Positions 1 to 7,539 of a stretch of DNA of 64,000 bases are shown one piece after another. Numbering within the stretch: position 1 is the stretch's first letter; each line of letters begins with the position of its first letter. The translations under genes and the position numbers were made by a program. The stretch is taken from positions 94,134 through 158,133 of the IMG/VR virus record IMGVR_UViG_2919367315_000003. One strand, 5' to 3'. This stretch comes from a virus (lineage: Duplodnaviria > Heunggongvirae > Uroviricota > Caudoviricetes). Under the pieces are notes generated by a model. It was not told the origin of the DNA. It saw nothing but the letters and a program-made list of their open reading frames with translations, and searched no databases.

Positions 1-1
1 T

Positions 2-553
2 GAAGGTATACTGGGTAGAAACAGTTCTGAAATAAGAACTTTAAAAGTGGGAAATATCGATAAGGTCAATAATAAAATAAAACTAACAAACGTAGACCGC
101 TATGAAACAACAGAAAGAGAAATCATTGTTAGTGATTTTTTAATTGATGCTCTTTTAGCAGCAGATCAAGAGGAAGTGTATAAATCTAATTTTGGTGAAG
201 GCAGCAAAAGAAAAGACACTTCCAAATTAAAAGACAGTGATTATATAATAAAGAGCACAAGAGGAGAAGAAGTTAAGCAGTCATTAATAACATTTGTTAT
301 TACTAAATTTGGTGAAAAGCTGAATAGACCAAGTTTATCTCCAATCGATATAAGAAATTCAGGTATGTTAGAAATGGCAAGAAAAGAATATCTCCGTGAG
401 AATAAAAAAACTTTAGATCGTTCAGATATTCATAAGATATGTAAACAATTTAATGTTGGTTTGCGTGATGGTGGCATAATCAACAGTACAATGTATACTC
501 AAGATTTCCTCAATGAAGAAACCATAAAAAGAGTTTACCCTGAAGTAGAATAA
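2..553 (+). CDS. hypothetical protein, 5'-truncated by window edge (frame open from nt 2)
   Basis: ORF track 47..553; same frame has no stop back to window start; followed by strong terminator. Confidence 0.4.
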   Translation, partial: EGILGRNSSEIRTLKVGNIDKVNNKIKLTNVDRYETTEREIIVSDFLIDALLAADQEEVYKSNFGEGSKRKDTSKLKDSDYIIKSTRGEEVKQSLITFVITKFGEKLNRPSLSPIDIRNSGMLEMARKEYLRENKKTLDRSDIHKICKQFNVGLRDGGIINSTMYTQDFLNEETIKRVYPEVE

Positions 554-577
554 GTTTTTCTTATTCTACTTTTTTTT
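545..577 (+). terminator. rho-independent terminator (GTAGAATAAG-tttttc-TTATTCTAC + T8)
   Basis: perfect 9-10 bp stem, 6-nt loop, run of 8 T directly after stop at 553. Confidence 0.7.
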
Positions 578-590
578 ATGGAAAATTGTG

Positions 591-619
591 TTGACATCAA
601 CGAAAACGCATGATATATT
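591..619 (+). promoter_or_regulatory. sigma-A type promoter TTGACA-17-TATATT (extended TGaTATATT)
   Basis: consensus -35, 17-nt spacer, TG-extended -10; 30-bp module repeated at 3115. Confidence 0.55.
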
Positions 620-666
620 TAGGGTACAAATTCATTATATTTAATTATAAGAACGTGAGGGCTAAC

Positions 667-1308
667 ATGGAAACGGCTAAATACATAATATTTTCAATGT
701 TGGATGGTATGGCAATTTTTATTTTTGGATTTGGTATGTATTCTATAAAGCTAAGAGACTACTGGGTTCAATTTATCGTTTCAAGTCTGTGTATTTCTGT
801 AGGTACCCTCTTGTATGTGGAATACGACCTTCCGACTAGAGTTGCACCGATTGCCAATTTATTATTATTGATAATATTTCTCGTGATTTTATTTAAACTA
901 TCTCCCCTTTCATCATTGAGGATATCGGGAATAAGTTTTTTAGTGCAGATGATTTTACAAACTTTAACTGCGCTTATACTTGCAAGTACACTTAATATTG
1001 ATTTTTTTGAAACAACAAAAGAATATGGAATACTGATTCAATTCTTGGGTGACACAGTAATGGTCATCATAAGTTTGATATTAAGGAAACGATCTATCTT
1101 CTTTACAACATTACCATATCAATATACATTAAAATTCAAAATTAACACCTCGAATATAATACTTTTTATTGTGTCTCTGCTCGGTATAGCTTTAATGACA
1201 AAGCCTACTTTCAACAATATGACTTCAAGTGTAGTTTTCTGGATAGCAATATTCGTATTATTGATTCTAATAGAAAGAAGAAAGGAAATTAAAAATGAAT
1301 ATGATTGA
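667..1308 (+). CDS. polytopic membrane protein (about 6 TM), AgrC-sensor-domain-like, no histidine kinase domain
   Basis: ORF track 610..1308; start moved to ATG 667 behind GAGGG RBS because 610 overlaps promoter; hydrophobic helices throughout; first gene of agr-like cassette. Confidence 0.5.
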   Translation: METAKYIIFSMLDGMAIFIFGFGMYSIKLRDYWVQFIVSSLCISVGTLLYVEYDLPTRVAPIANLLLLIIFLVILFKLSPLSSLRISGISFLVQMILQTLTALILASTLNIDFFETTKEYGILIQFLGDTVMVIISLILRKRSIFFTTLPYQYTLKFKINTSNIILFIVSLLGIALMTKPTFNNMTSSVVFWIAIFVLLILIERRKEIKNEYD

Positions 1309-1831
1309 TCAAATAGCCGATAAGTGGAGTTGTGCAGCTAAAAGTAAATATCCTGATGAATTACCGTCACAACAAATAGTGAGATATACATTAAAATTTA
1401 TAATCTCGAATACCATTCCCATATTTATAGTATTAATTGCATCGATGCTATTAGGCATTACTAAAGAAACAGTATTTGCATTAATAGGGTTTTCATCACT
1501 TAGAATGTTTTCAGGTGGTTTTCACTTTAAATCGGCAGATATGTGCATAGTTTTTTCATCGCTAGTAATAATTTTAATAGCATTGGGAGGCAATTATTTC
1601 GAGAATTACTCTTTTGCTATGTATCTAGCCAGTGTAATATTGGTAATGATATATGCACCAAGTAAGATAGAACAGCAAACAAGAGTGAAACCGGAAAAAT
1701 TTAAATGGTTTAAAATTATATCCTTAATAATAGTTTCGCTGATATATATAATAAATATTCCAGTAATGAATTTAGCTGTTTTAGTACAAAGTCTCCTCTT
1801 GATACGCTTGAGAGGAGGTGAAAAGTTATGA
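1295..1831 (+). CDS. agrB: AgrB-family accessory gene regulator protein B (AIP-processing membrane endopeptidase)
   Basis: 178 aa, multi-TM, conserved R-x-x-SGGxH motif (LRMFSGGFHFKS) typical of AgrB; ATGA overlap with downstream agrD-like ORF. Confidence 0.6.
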   Translation: MNMIDQIADKWSCAAKSKYPDELPSQQIVRYTLKFIISNTIPIFIVLIASMLLGITKETVFALIGFSSLRMFSGGFHFKSADMCIVFSSLVIILIALGGNYFENYSFAMYLASVILVMIYAPSKIEQQTRVKPEKFKWFKIISLIIVSLIYIINIPVMNLAVLVQSLLLIRLRGGEKL

Positions 1832-1950
1832 AATTGAACAAACTTATGCTGATTGTTGGTAGTTTTTGCTCTCTGTTGGCAGTAACAGTGGTAAGCACTG
1901 CTAGTTGGACATTGATCCATGGAGAAGCAGTGCCAGAAGAATTGAAATAA
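1828..1950 (+). CDS. agrD: AgrD-like autoinducing peptide precursor (40 aa: MKLNKLMLIVGSFCSLLAVTVVSTASWTLIHGEAVPEELK)
   Basis: not in ORF track (<60 aa); GGAGG RBS 1813-1817; hydrophobic N-terminal helix, short core, acidic C-terminal tail with E-x-V-P-x-E-L resembling S. aureus AgrD DEVEVPKELTQL; immediately after agrB. Confidence 0.5.
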   Translation: MKLNKLMLIVGSFCSLLAVTVVSTASWTLIHGEAVPEELK

Positions 1951-1953
1951 TAT

Positions 1954-1998
1954 ATTTGGGGTCCCGCTCTTTCTTCTGGGTGGGGCGAGACCCCAAAT
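1954..1998 (+). promoter_or_regulatory. stable stem-loop (10-bp stem ATTTGGGGTC/GACCCCAAAT, 25-nt loop), no U-tract; possible attenuator or processing site between agrD and LytTR gene
   Basis: perfect inverted repeat read directly from sequence. Confidence 0.4.
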
Positions 1999-2017
1999 GA
2001 ATTAAGAGGTGATAATA

Positions 2018-2410
2018 TTGAAGTCAACAGACACTATAAAAGTAGTAAAAAAAATAGGTGACAAAATAGATGAAGTAGCAATTATGTTACCAGTGTCAGA
2101 AGTTCAAGGATTTAGAACTGAAAAAAAGAGCGGAAAAACAGGACAAACACGGATTGTATACATAACAGATAATGGTGAGTTTATTGATGAAACAAGAACA
2201 GAACAGACAATGCGTTTATTTGAGAACATTGAAGGATTCGTAAGAGTTGGGAGAGGAAGTATGGCCGATGTGACTAAGATTGACGAAATCGATGAAAGGG
2301 TATATGAGATATATTTTGATAAGAGTAAAAAAAGCTTTGTGGAAATCGCAGCGGTACATTTGGCAACAGTAAAAAAAATGTTACAGAGACTAAGAAACAA
2401 TAAAAAATAA
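2018..2410 (+). CDS. standalone LytTR-domain DNA-binding protein (no receiver domain)
   Basis: ORF track 2009..2410; TTG 2018 behind GAGGTG RBS; C-terminal FVRVGRGSMADVTKIDEID matches LytTR core (cf. AgrA FFRCHNSFVVNRHNIESID). Confidence 0.55.
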   Translation: MKSTDTIKVVKKIGDKIDEVAIMLPVSEVQGFRTEKKSGKTGQTRIVYITDNGEFIDETRTEQTMRLFENIEGFVRVGRGSMADVTKIDEIDERVYEIYFDKSKKSFVEIAAVHLATVKKMLQRLRNNKK

Positions 2411-2430
2411 ATGTTATTTTTGGTTTACTA

Positions 2431-2459
2431 TTGCTTATACCTTTTGGCAGTAGTATAAT
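2431..2459 (+). promoter_or_regulatory. sigma-A promoter TTGCTT-17-TATAAT
   Basis: sequence inspection. Confidence 0.4.
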
Positions 2460-2534
2460 TTGAATAAACACGAACATAGGTTCCCTAAATAGCGATTCGA
2501 CAAAAAGTGACACACTATATGGACATTTTTCCAG

Positions 2535-2555
2535 TATATTGATTAAGTCAATATA
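2535..2555. promoter_or_regulatory. perfect palindrome TATATTGA-ttaag-TCAATATA (candidate dimeric repressor operator) between two promoters
   Basis: 8-bp arms (extendable to 10 with one mismatch), 5-bp spacer. Confidence 0.35.
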
Positions 2556-2575
2556 TTTAGACATGGTGTGTAAAG

Positions 2576-2606
2576 TTGTTGCCTAATTATAGTAATCTCG
2601 TATAAT
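2576..2606 (+). promoter_or_regulatory. sigma-A-like promoter (TTGTTG/TTGCCT ... TATAAT)
   Basis: -10 TATAAT 2601-2606; imperfect -35. Confidence 0.35.
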
Positions 2607-2641
2607 AAAAGTATAGAATTCGACAGCAAGGAGATAATGCT

Positions 2642-3016
2642 ATGCAGCAAGACGAACTAATATATCGGCTTGAGATACCACAAAGAGCCACAATAATAAT
2701 AACAAAAATGAGTTTTCTTCTAAGAAGTGACTCTGACAGACAAAAAATGTTTACATTTTGCAATGATAATCCCGGCTCTGAGTATGTATTTCTCGCTGAG
2801 AAAAGAAAACAGTTGATTGACGAAGAAGGTTATAAAGACAAGAATGAATTTATTAGTGATTATAATGATAATAATATCAAGGCGCTTGAGAAATTATGTC
2901 AAGAAAAAGTTGATGGTTTTAAGTTGGCTAGATTAAAAGTAACAGATCCAGAAACATTATATAGCTTGTATGAAAAAAATAAATATTCAAATTTGCTGCA
3001 TTTAGCCTTGTCTTAG
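2642..3016 (+). CDS. hypothetical protein
   Basis: ORF track; AAGGAG RBS 2629-2634. Confidence 0.45.
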   Translation: MQQDELIYRLEIPQRATIIITKMSFLLRSDSDRQKMFTFCNDNPGSEYVFLAEKRKQLIDEEGYKDKNEFISDYNDNNIKALEKLCQEKVDGFKLARLKVTDPETLYSLYEKNKYSNLLHLALS

Positions 3017-3114
3017 ATAACCTTTGCCGAGCGTATTGGTTCGGCTGATTACATACTCCACAGATAGAGATAGAAGTTGTAAGGATGAATTAAACAAATA
3101 AATATAATGAAGTG

Positions 3115-3143
3115 TTGACTTAACGAAAACATCGTGATATATT
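3115..3143 (+). promoter_or_regulatory. sigma-A promoter TTGACT-17-TATATT, paralogous copy of the 591 promoter module
   Basis: TTGAC(T)T..AACGAAAAC..TGATATATTTA shared with 591-621. Confidence 0.5.
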
Positions 3144-3217
3144 TAATTAGCAAGGTGATTGACCTCATAAAAGAATACTTTTATCAAGATAGACAGTTAC
3201 CAAAAGGCAATACATAA

Positions 3218-3294
3218 GGGTCTTTCGTATAAGTGGTTAATACACCAATCTCATAAATTGGCTGATGCCCGTTCAAGTCGGGTGAGACCCACCA
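3218..3294 (+). tRNA. tRNA with CAU anticodon (Met, or Ile2 if lysidinylated), 3' CCA encoded
   Basis: manual cloverleaf: acceptor GGGTCTT/GAGACCC 7 bp, D-arm GTAT/ATAC with AGTGGTTA loop, anticodon stem CCAAT/ATTGG with loop CTCATAA, 5-nt variable loop, T-arm GCCCG-TTCAAGT-CGGGT, discriminator A, CCA. Confidence 0.75.
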
Positions 3295-3407
3295 AAAATA
3301 ACACACTGATATGTGTGATTATATAGATGAAAATATATTTGAAAGGCTGGGGAGGGGCATGAACAGATTTTATGACAGTGGATTTACTTAGTTTCAAAGG
3401 AGATAAA

Positions 3408-3500
3408 ATGAGAGTTATTATTTTAAAGAAGTACATACATTATCAACGTGCTTTGCACGATTATATAGATGCAACTCATTTCGCTTTGCAAAGGTGGTGA
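3408..3500 (+). CDS. small leader ORF (30 aa, MRVIILKKYIHYQRALHDYIDATHFALQRW)
   Basis: strong RBS AAAGGAGAT 7 nt upstream; not in track (<60 aa); overlaps GCTTTGCA repeats. Confidence 0.2.
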   Translation: MRVIILKKYIHYQRALHDYIDATHFALQRW

Positions 3501-3603
3501 TATGAATCAAAAATAAGTTGAGAAGTCCTCCCTTTTATGATTGATCGAAAATAGATTAATCAAATAAAAACTATTACACATAAAAGGGAGATATAAAATA
3601 CAT

Positions 3604-4716
3604 ATGGCAGATTACAAGATTAAAGTAAACAACAATCACGGTGGCAAAGAATTTAACAATGGATTTCATTTTGTGGGCAAAGTCAAACCAATTAAGGAAA
3701 AAGATAAGATCACAGATAACTGGGTAGATGTCCCGTTTTACTCAACTGAAGAAGAGGGGAAAAAGAAAGTATTTCAATTTATTATCGAAACGGCAATGAG
3801 TAATGAATTAAAAGTTAAGATTACAGGTAAAGAAAAGCCCTATGCATATCCTTACAGCAGGCAGCATAGAAAGTCAGCTAAAGTAGAGTGGAATCAAAGA
3901 TACAATAAAGACACATATCCAGATAATACATATCACCTCATTGAACCTGAATGGGATAGAATCGATAAGTTTAAAGAGATTGTAGAAAAAGACCTTTGGG
4001 TAGAAGTTAAGGGAAAATACATTCCATATGAATTTGATACAGAAGACGGCAAAACAATTAAAGGTATTTCAAGACAGATTAGTTTTGTTAATCCAATCAA
4101 AGAAGGAAAGGTTATCATTGATGGTGAGCCTCAAGATGTTAAAGTTGCTGGAAAATCCATTAATTACGTGTGCGACTTCCAATCGCCAGATTTTATTGAA
4201 GTAAATAGATTTAACATGCAAATTGGTATCAATACTACATATCAAGATAGTGAGACTGGAGATACAAAAATTAATGCAGTTGTTTTGACAAATGGAATCG
4301 AGAGATCCGAACCAAAAGATGTTGAATTGATAGTGTATCAGAAGAAAGTAGAACATGGCATTTCGATGGCTGATGCCTTCTCTTCTCTTAATACCTACGA
4401 CTTTATTGAAGTTATTGGACAAGACAACAACAGAGCAACTTTTGCTTACGTGGATATCGTAGAAGAAATTTCATCAGATGATCCATTTAGTCAAGTGGAT
4501 AGTAGTGAGAAGGTAACACGACAAGAGCGTGTAACTAACGGGGATAAAAAGGGTTTGGAAGTTATCAGTTATGTGGAAGGCAGCCTAATGCGTGAACTGC
4601 TAACAGAAGAGGAGTTCAAGAAGTCTGCTGTTTTGACAAACAATGATCCGTTTAATCAAACAGCCACCCCTTCAGACGATCCATTTGCAACCAACAACGA
4701 CGATCCTTTTGCGTGA
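3604..4716 (+). CDS. putative non-canonical ssDNA-binding protein; acidic C-terminus with repeated D-D-P-F motifs (SSB-like tail)
   Basis: ORF track; AAAGGGAG RBS; four DDPF/NDPF repeats in last 70 aa resemble SSB C-terminal DDDIPF; adjacent to RecA-like ATPase. Confidence 0.4.
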   Translation: MADYKIKVNNNHGGKEFNNGFHFVGKVKPIKEKDKITDNWVDVPFYSTEEEGKKKVFQFIIETAMSNELKVKITGKEKPYAYPYSRQHRKSAKVEWNQRYNKDTYPDNTYHLIEPEWDRIDKFKEIVEKDLWVEVKGKYIPYEFDTEDGKTIKGISRQISFVNPIKEGKVIIDGEPQDVKVAGKSINYVCDFQSPDFIEVNRFNMQIGINTTYQDSETGDTKINAVVLTNGIERSEPKDVELIVYQKKVEHGISMADAFSSLNTYDFIEVIGQDNNRATFAYVDIVEEISSDDPFSQVDSSEKVTRQERVTNGDKKGLEVISYVEGSLMRELLTEEEFKKSAVLTNNDPFNQTATPSDDPFATNNDDPFA

Positions 4717-4857
4717 TAGTAGGTAGTTACAACTAATTAGAAAATGGTCTGTGTGTAAAAAGCACAGACCTATCATATAAAATTCATTGAAGTATAAACA
4801 TAGGATCAAGTAAGTTCACAAAAAATTATAGGTAAAAGGGAGAGAATAATTAATTAT

Positions 4858-6003
4858 ATGGGATTGAGAGATGCAGTAATTGATAATGTACCAAAGGTAG
4901 CGCTTCATGGGATTCGTTCACTGATTGTCGGAAATTACAAGTCGGGCAAAACGCGACTCTGGAAGGAGGTCACAGAGCTTCATTATAATAATCCAGATGA
5001 TTACATGTTACTCTCTTTTGAGAAAGGGTGGGAAACATGGAGTTTAAAAAACGTTGTTCCCATTCATACAAAAGGAAGTCCAGCAGACCAATGGGAATAT
5101 TTCCGAAGTGTAGTTGTTAAGGATCTTGTTGAAGAAGCAAGAACAAATAAGATTGTTAAACTTCTTGGTGTAGATACCGCAGACAAAGCTATGTCGGCAG
5201 CAGAGGAGTGGGTAATTAGGGATTTTAACAAGAAAAATGGATCGAGATATACATCGTTAAAAGAGATTAGTGATAAGACTACAGACAATGGTTATACATT
5301 GCTTACAGCAGAAATGAATAAACAGTTTGATACTTTGGAGAACTCTGGATATGGAACAATGTCACTCGCTTGGTCTAAAGAAAGAGAAACGACTCTTCGT
5401 AATGGAAATAAGTTTACTTCTATTGATATGATGATGTCTGCTACAGGTAAAAAAGTGTTTGAGTCACAAGCTAGTTTAATTTGCACTCTATACAATGACA
5501 CGGTCATTTTAGATAAAGACGGAAATGAGCTTGAAGAGAACATCAAAGACAAAAAAGGAAGAGATAAGGCTAGTGCTTTCCATGAAACACAGGTTATGAT
5601 GCTATTCCGTCCAAATGAGTTTGTATCTATTGGTGGTGGTCGATATGTGAACCTTCCATCAGAACCCGTCCCTTATAGTTCTAAAGAGTTTATGAGAATC
5701 TATGAAGAGGCAGTAAAAGGTCAAATGGATGCAGAATCTAAAAAGAACTTCGTGAAGATTGAGGAAGAGCAAGAGGCCGTTCAGGAGCAAAAAGCTCAAG
5801 AGTTTGCTGTACAAGAGGAAGCCAAGGCTTCGGCTGATGACTTAATTACCGCCATTCAAACAGAGGTTGATCGTTTCACCCAAAGTGAGAAAACTGAGAA
5901 GATTGTACCTAAATTCAAAGAGATTCTGGGTGTACCAAACTTTAGAACAATTTCAGACACTGAGAAACTTCAAGAAGCACTAGAATTCGTTAAGTCAATC
6001 TAA
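4858..6003 (+). CDS. RecA-fold ATPase, Sak4-like recombination protein candidate
   Basis: Walker A GNYKSGKT, hhhhD Walker B (LLGVDTAD), acidic C-terminal region. Confidence 0.4.
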   Translation: MGLRDAVIDNVPKVALHGIRSLIVGNYKSGKTRLWKEVTELHYNNPDDYMLLSFEKGWETWSLKNVVPIHTKGSPADQWEYFRSVVVKDLVEEARTNKIVKLLGVDTADKAMSAAEEWVIRDFNKKNGSRYTSLKEISDKTTDNGYTLLTAEMNKQFDTLENSGYGTMSLAWSKERETTLRNGNKFTSIDMMMSATGKKVFESQASLICTLYNDTVILDKDGNELEENIKDKKGRDKASAFHETQVMMLFRPNEFVSIGGGRYVNLPSEPVPYSSKEFMRIYEEAVKGQMDAESKKNFVKIEEEQEAVQEQKAQEFAVQEEAKASADDLITAIQTEVDRFTQSEKTEKIVPKFKEILGVPNFRTISDTEKLQEALEFVKSI

Positions 6004-6093
6004 TACATAAAAAAGTATATAAAAGACAGATTTGATCAGAAAATAGCCTCACTATAAAAGTGGGGCTTCATAATAAAACGGGAGCGTGATACG

Positions 6094-6582
6094 TTGGGTG
6101 AGCTAATCCTCTCTCTGCTTCTAACACTATCGGTATTTAATACTGAGTTACAGAGTGTTAGCCAAGCACGAGAAATGAAAAACACGACTATTATCAAGCA
6201 AGAAACAAAGGTCGCCAAGTTGGATAAGGTTGAACAGGTTAAGCATAAGCAAGATACATATAAACGGGAGCGATTTGAGTTAACAGCTTACACAAACAAT
6301 CAAGGTAGAAGCGTAAATAGTAAAGACTATGGAAGAACAGCTTCAGGTAAAATGACTAAGGCTGGCGAAACAATTGCTACTGACTGGAGGGTATTGCCTA
6401 AAGGGACAGTAGTTTATATAGATGGTGTAGGCAGAAGAGTGGTACAGGATAAGGGTGGAGCCATAAAGGGGCATAAGATTGATGTATATGTCAGAACAGA
6501 GCACGAAGCAGTGCAATTTGGACGAAGAAAGAACATTAAAGTAAGAGTAATTGAGTGGGGAGAGAATGAACATCGAAAATAA
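6094..6582 (+). CDS. secreted 3D-domain protein (YorM/YuiC-like, MltA-type lytic transglycosylase fold)
   Basis: N-terminal signal peptide; C-terminal TASG..IAtD..P.GT..YI.GvG..V.DkGGAIKG..IDVY motif. Confidence 0.6.
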   Translation: MGELILSLLLTLSVFNTELQSVSQAREMKNTTIIKQETKVAKLDKVEQVKHKQDTYKRERFELTAYTNNQGRSVNSKDYGRTASGKMTKAGETIATDWRVLPKGTVVYIDGVGRRVVQDKGGAIKGHKIDVYVRTEHEAVQFGRRKNIKVRVIEWGENEHRK

Positions 6583-6862
6583 TCAGGAACGGCGAATTGA
6601 AAATATTTGCAACGAAGTAGAGTCGCTTTTAAAGAAAAAGAACCATGATTACGGGAACTCCTTTAGTATTCAGTTCGAGAAATACGGGATTCTTAGTGCT
6701 TTGATCCGTATGGACGATAAAATGCGAAGGCTGGAAAATTTGTTGAATGGCAATAAAGCTCAAGTCGAAGAATCAATTGAAGATACTCTTCAAGACTTAG
6801 TTGGCTATGGAACACTAGCTCTTGTAGAATTACGAAAACAGAAAGAGGGATTGAATGGCTAA
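6551..6862 (+). CDS. hypothetical protein (probable start ATG 6566)
   Basis: ORF track. Confidence 0.4.
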   Translation: MSGERMNIENNQERRIENICNEVESLLKKKNHDYGNSFSIQFEKYGILSALIRMDDKMRRLENLLNGNKAQVEESIEDTLQDLVGYGTLALVELRKQKEGLNG

Positions 6863-7391
6863 GAAAGTTTTAGCTGTTGATCAGGATAATGTTATTGCCG
6901 ACCTGCTCAGTGAGTGGGTACGGCGTTACAATCTTGACTACAACGATGAATTGCGACCAGAACAAATTAATGCTTGGAATTGGCATCATCTATGTAAAGA
7001 GGAATGTGGGAATCAAATTTATAAATATCTTGATGAACCCGATTTCTTCTATAGCCTACCCGTAATTGAGGGATGCCAAGAAGTGTTAAAAGAACTGAAC
7101 TACAATTATGACATTTACATTGTGACAGCTCCATTCAACTTGAATAATGTCGTACCTAAACATAAATGGCTGGTAAAGCACTTTCCCTTTTTAGATGAAA
7201 ATAAGTTTGTGTTCACTAGAGATAAATCCATCATAGCAGCTAACTATTTAATTGATGATAAACCCAAAAATCTAGAAAATTTTCAAGGGAATAAAATTCT
7301 GTATACTGCCCCACACAATCTTGAAGAAAATCGGTTTTATCGAGTGAACAACTGGAATGAAGTAAGAGAAATATTGTTGGATTGGAAGTGA
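6855..7391 (+). CDS. 5'(3')-deoxyribonucleotidase, HAD superfamily (YorS-like)
   Basis: N-terminal LAVDQDNVIAD (DxD motif), length 178 aa. Confidence 0.65.
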   Translation: MAKKVLAVDQDNVIADLLSEWVRRYNLDYNDELRPEQINAWNWHHLCKEECGNQIYKYLDEPDFFYSLPVIEGCQEVLKELNYNYDIYIVTAPFNLNNVVPKHKWLVKHFPFLDENKFVFTRDKSIIAANYLIDDKPKNLENFQGNKILYTAPHNLEENRFYRVNNWNEVREILLDWK

Positions 7392-7395
7392 TAAA

Positions 7396-7539
7396 GTGTT
7401 GGCTTTTAATTTTGAACGACTATCTGATTTATATAAGTATTTAGATATGGATGACATTGACTATGGAGAACTTCAAGAATTACGAGATAAGATTGATGAT
7501 TTAAAGCAAATTGTTGAAGATAAAATGGATGTATATTGA
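7396..7539 (+). CDS. small hypothetical protein (47 aa)
   Basis: GTG start, manual translation; not in track. Confidence 0.2.
   Translation: MLAFNFERLSDLYKYLDMDDIDYGELQELRDKIDDLKQIVEDKMDVY

Noticed and set aside
1606-2027. minus-strand ORFs 1606..1920 and 1716..2027 overlapping agrB/agrD
   Set aside because: Antisense to strongly supported genes. No RBS. Typical shadow ORFs in AT-rich DNA.
3251-3436. minus-strand ORF overlapping the tRNA
   Set aside because: Overlaps a well-folding tRNA. No start context.
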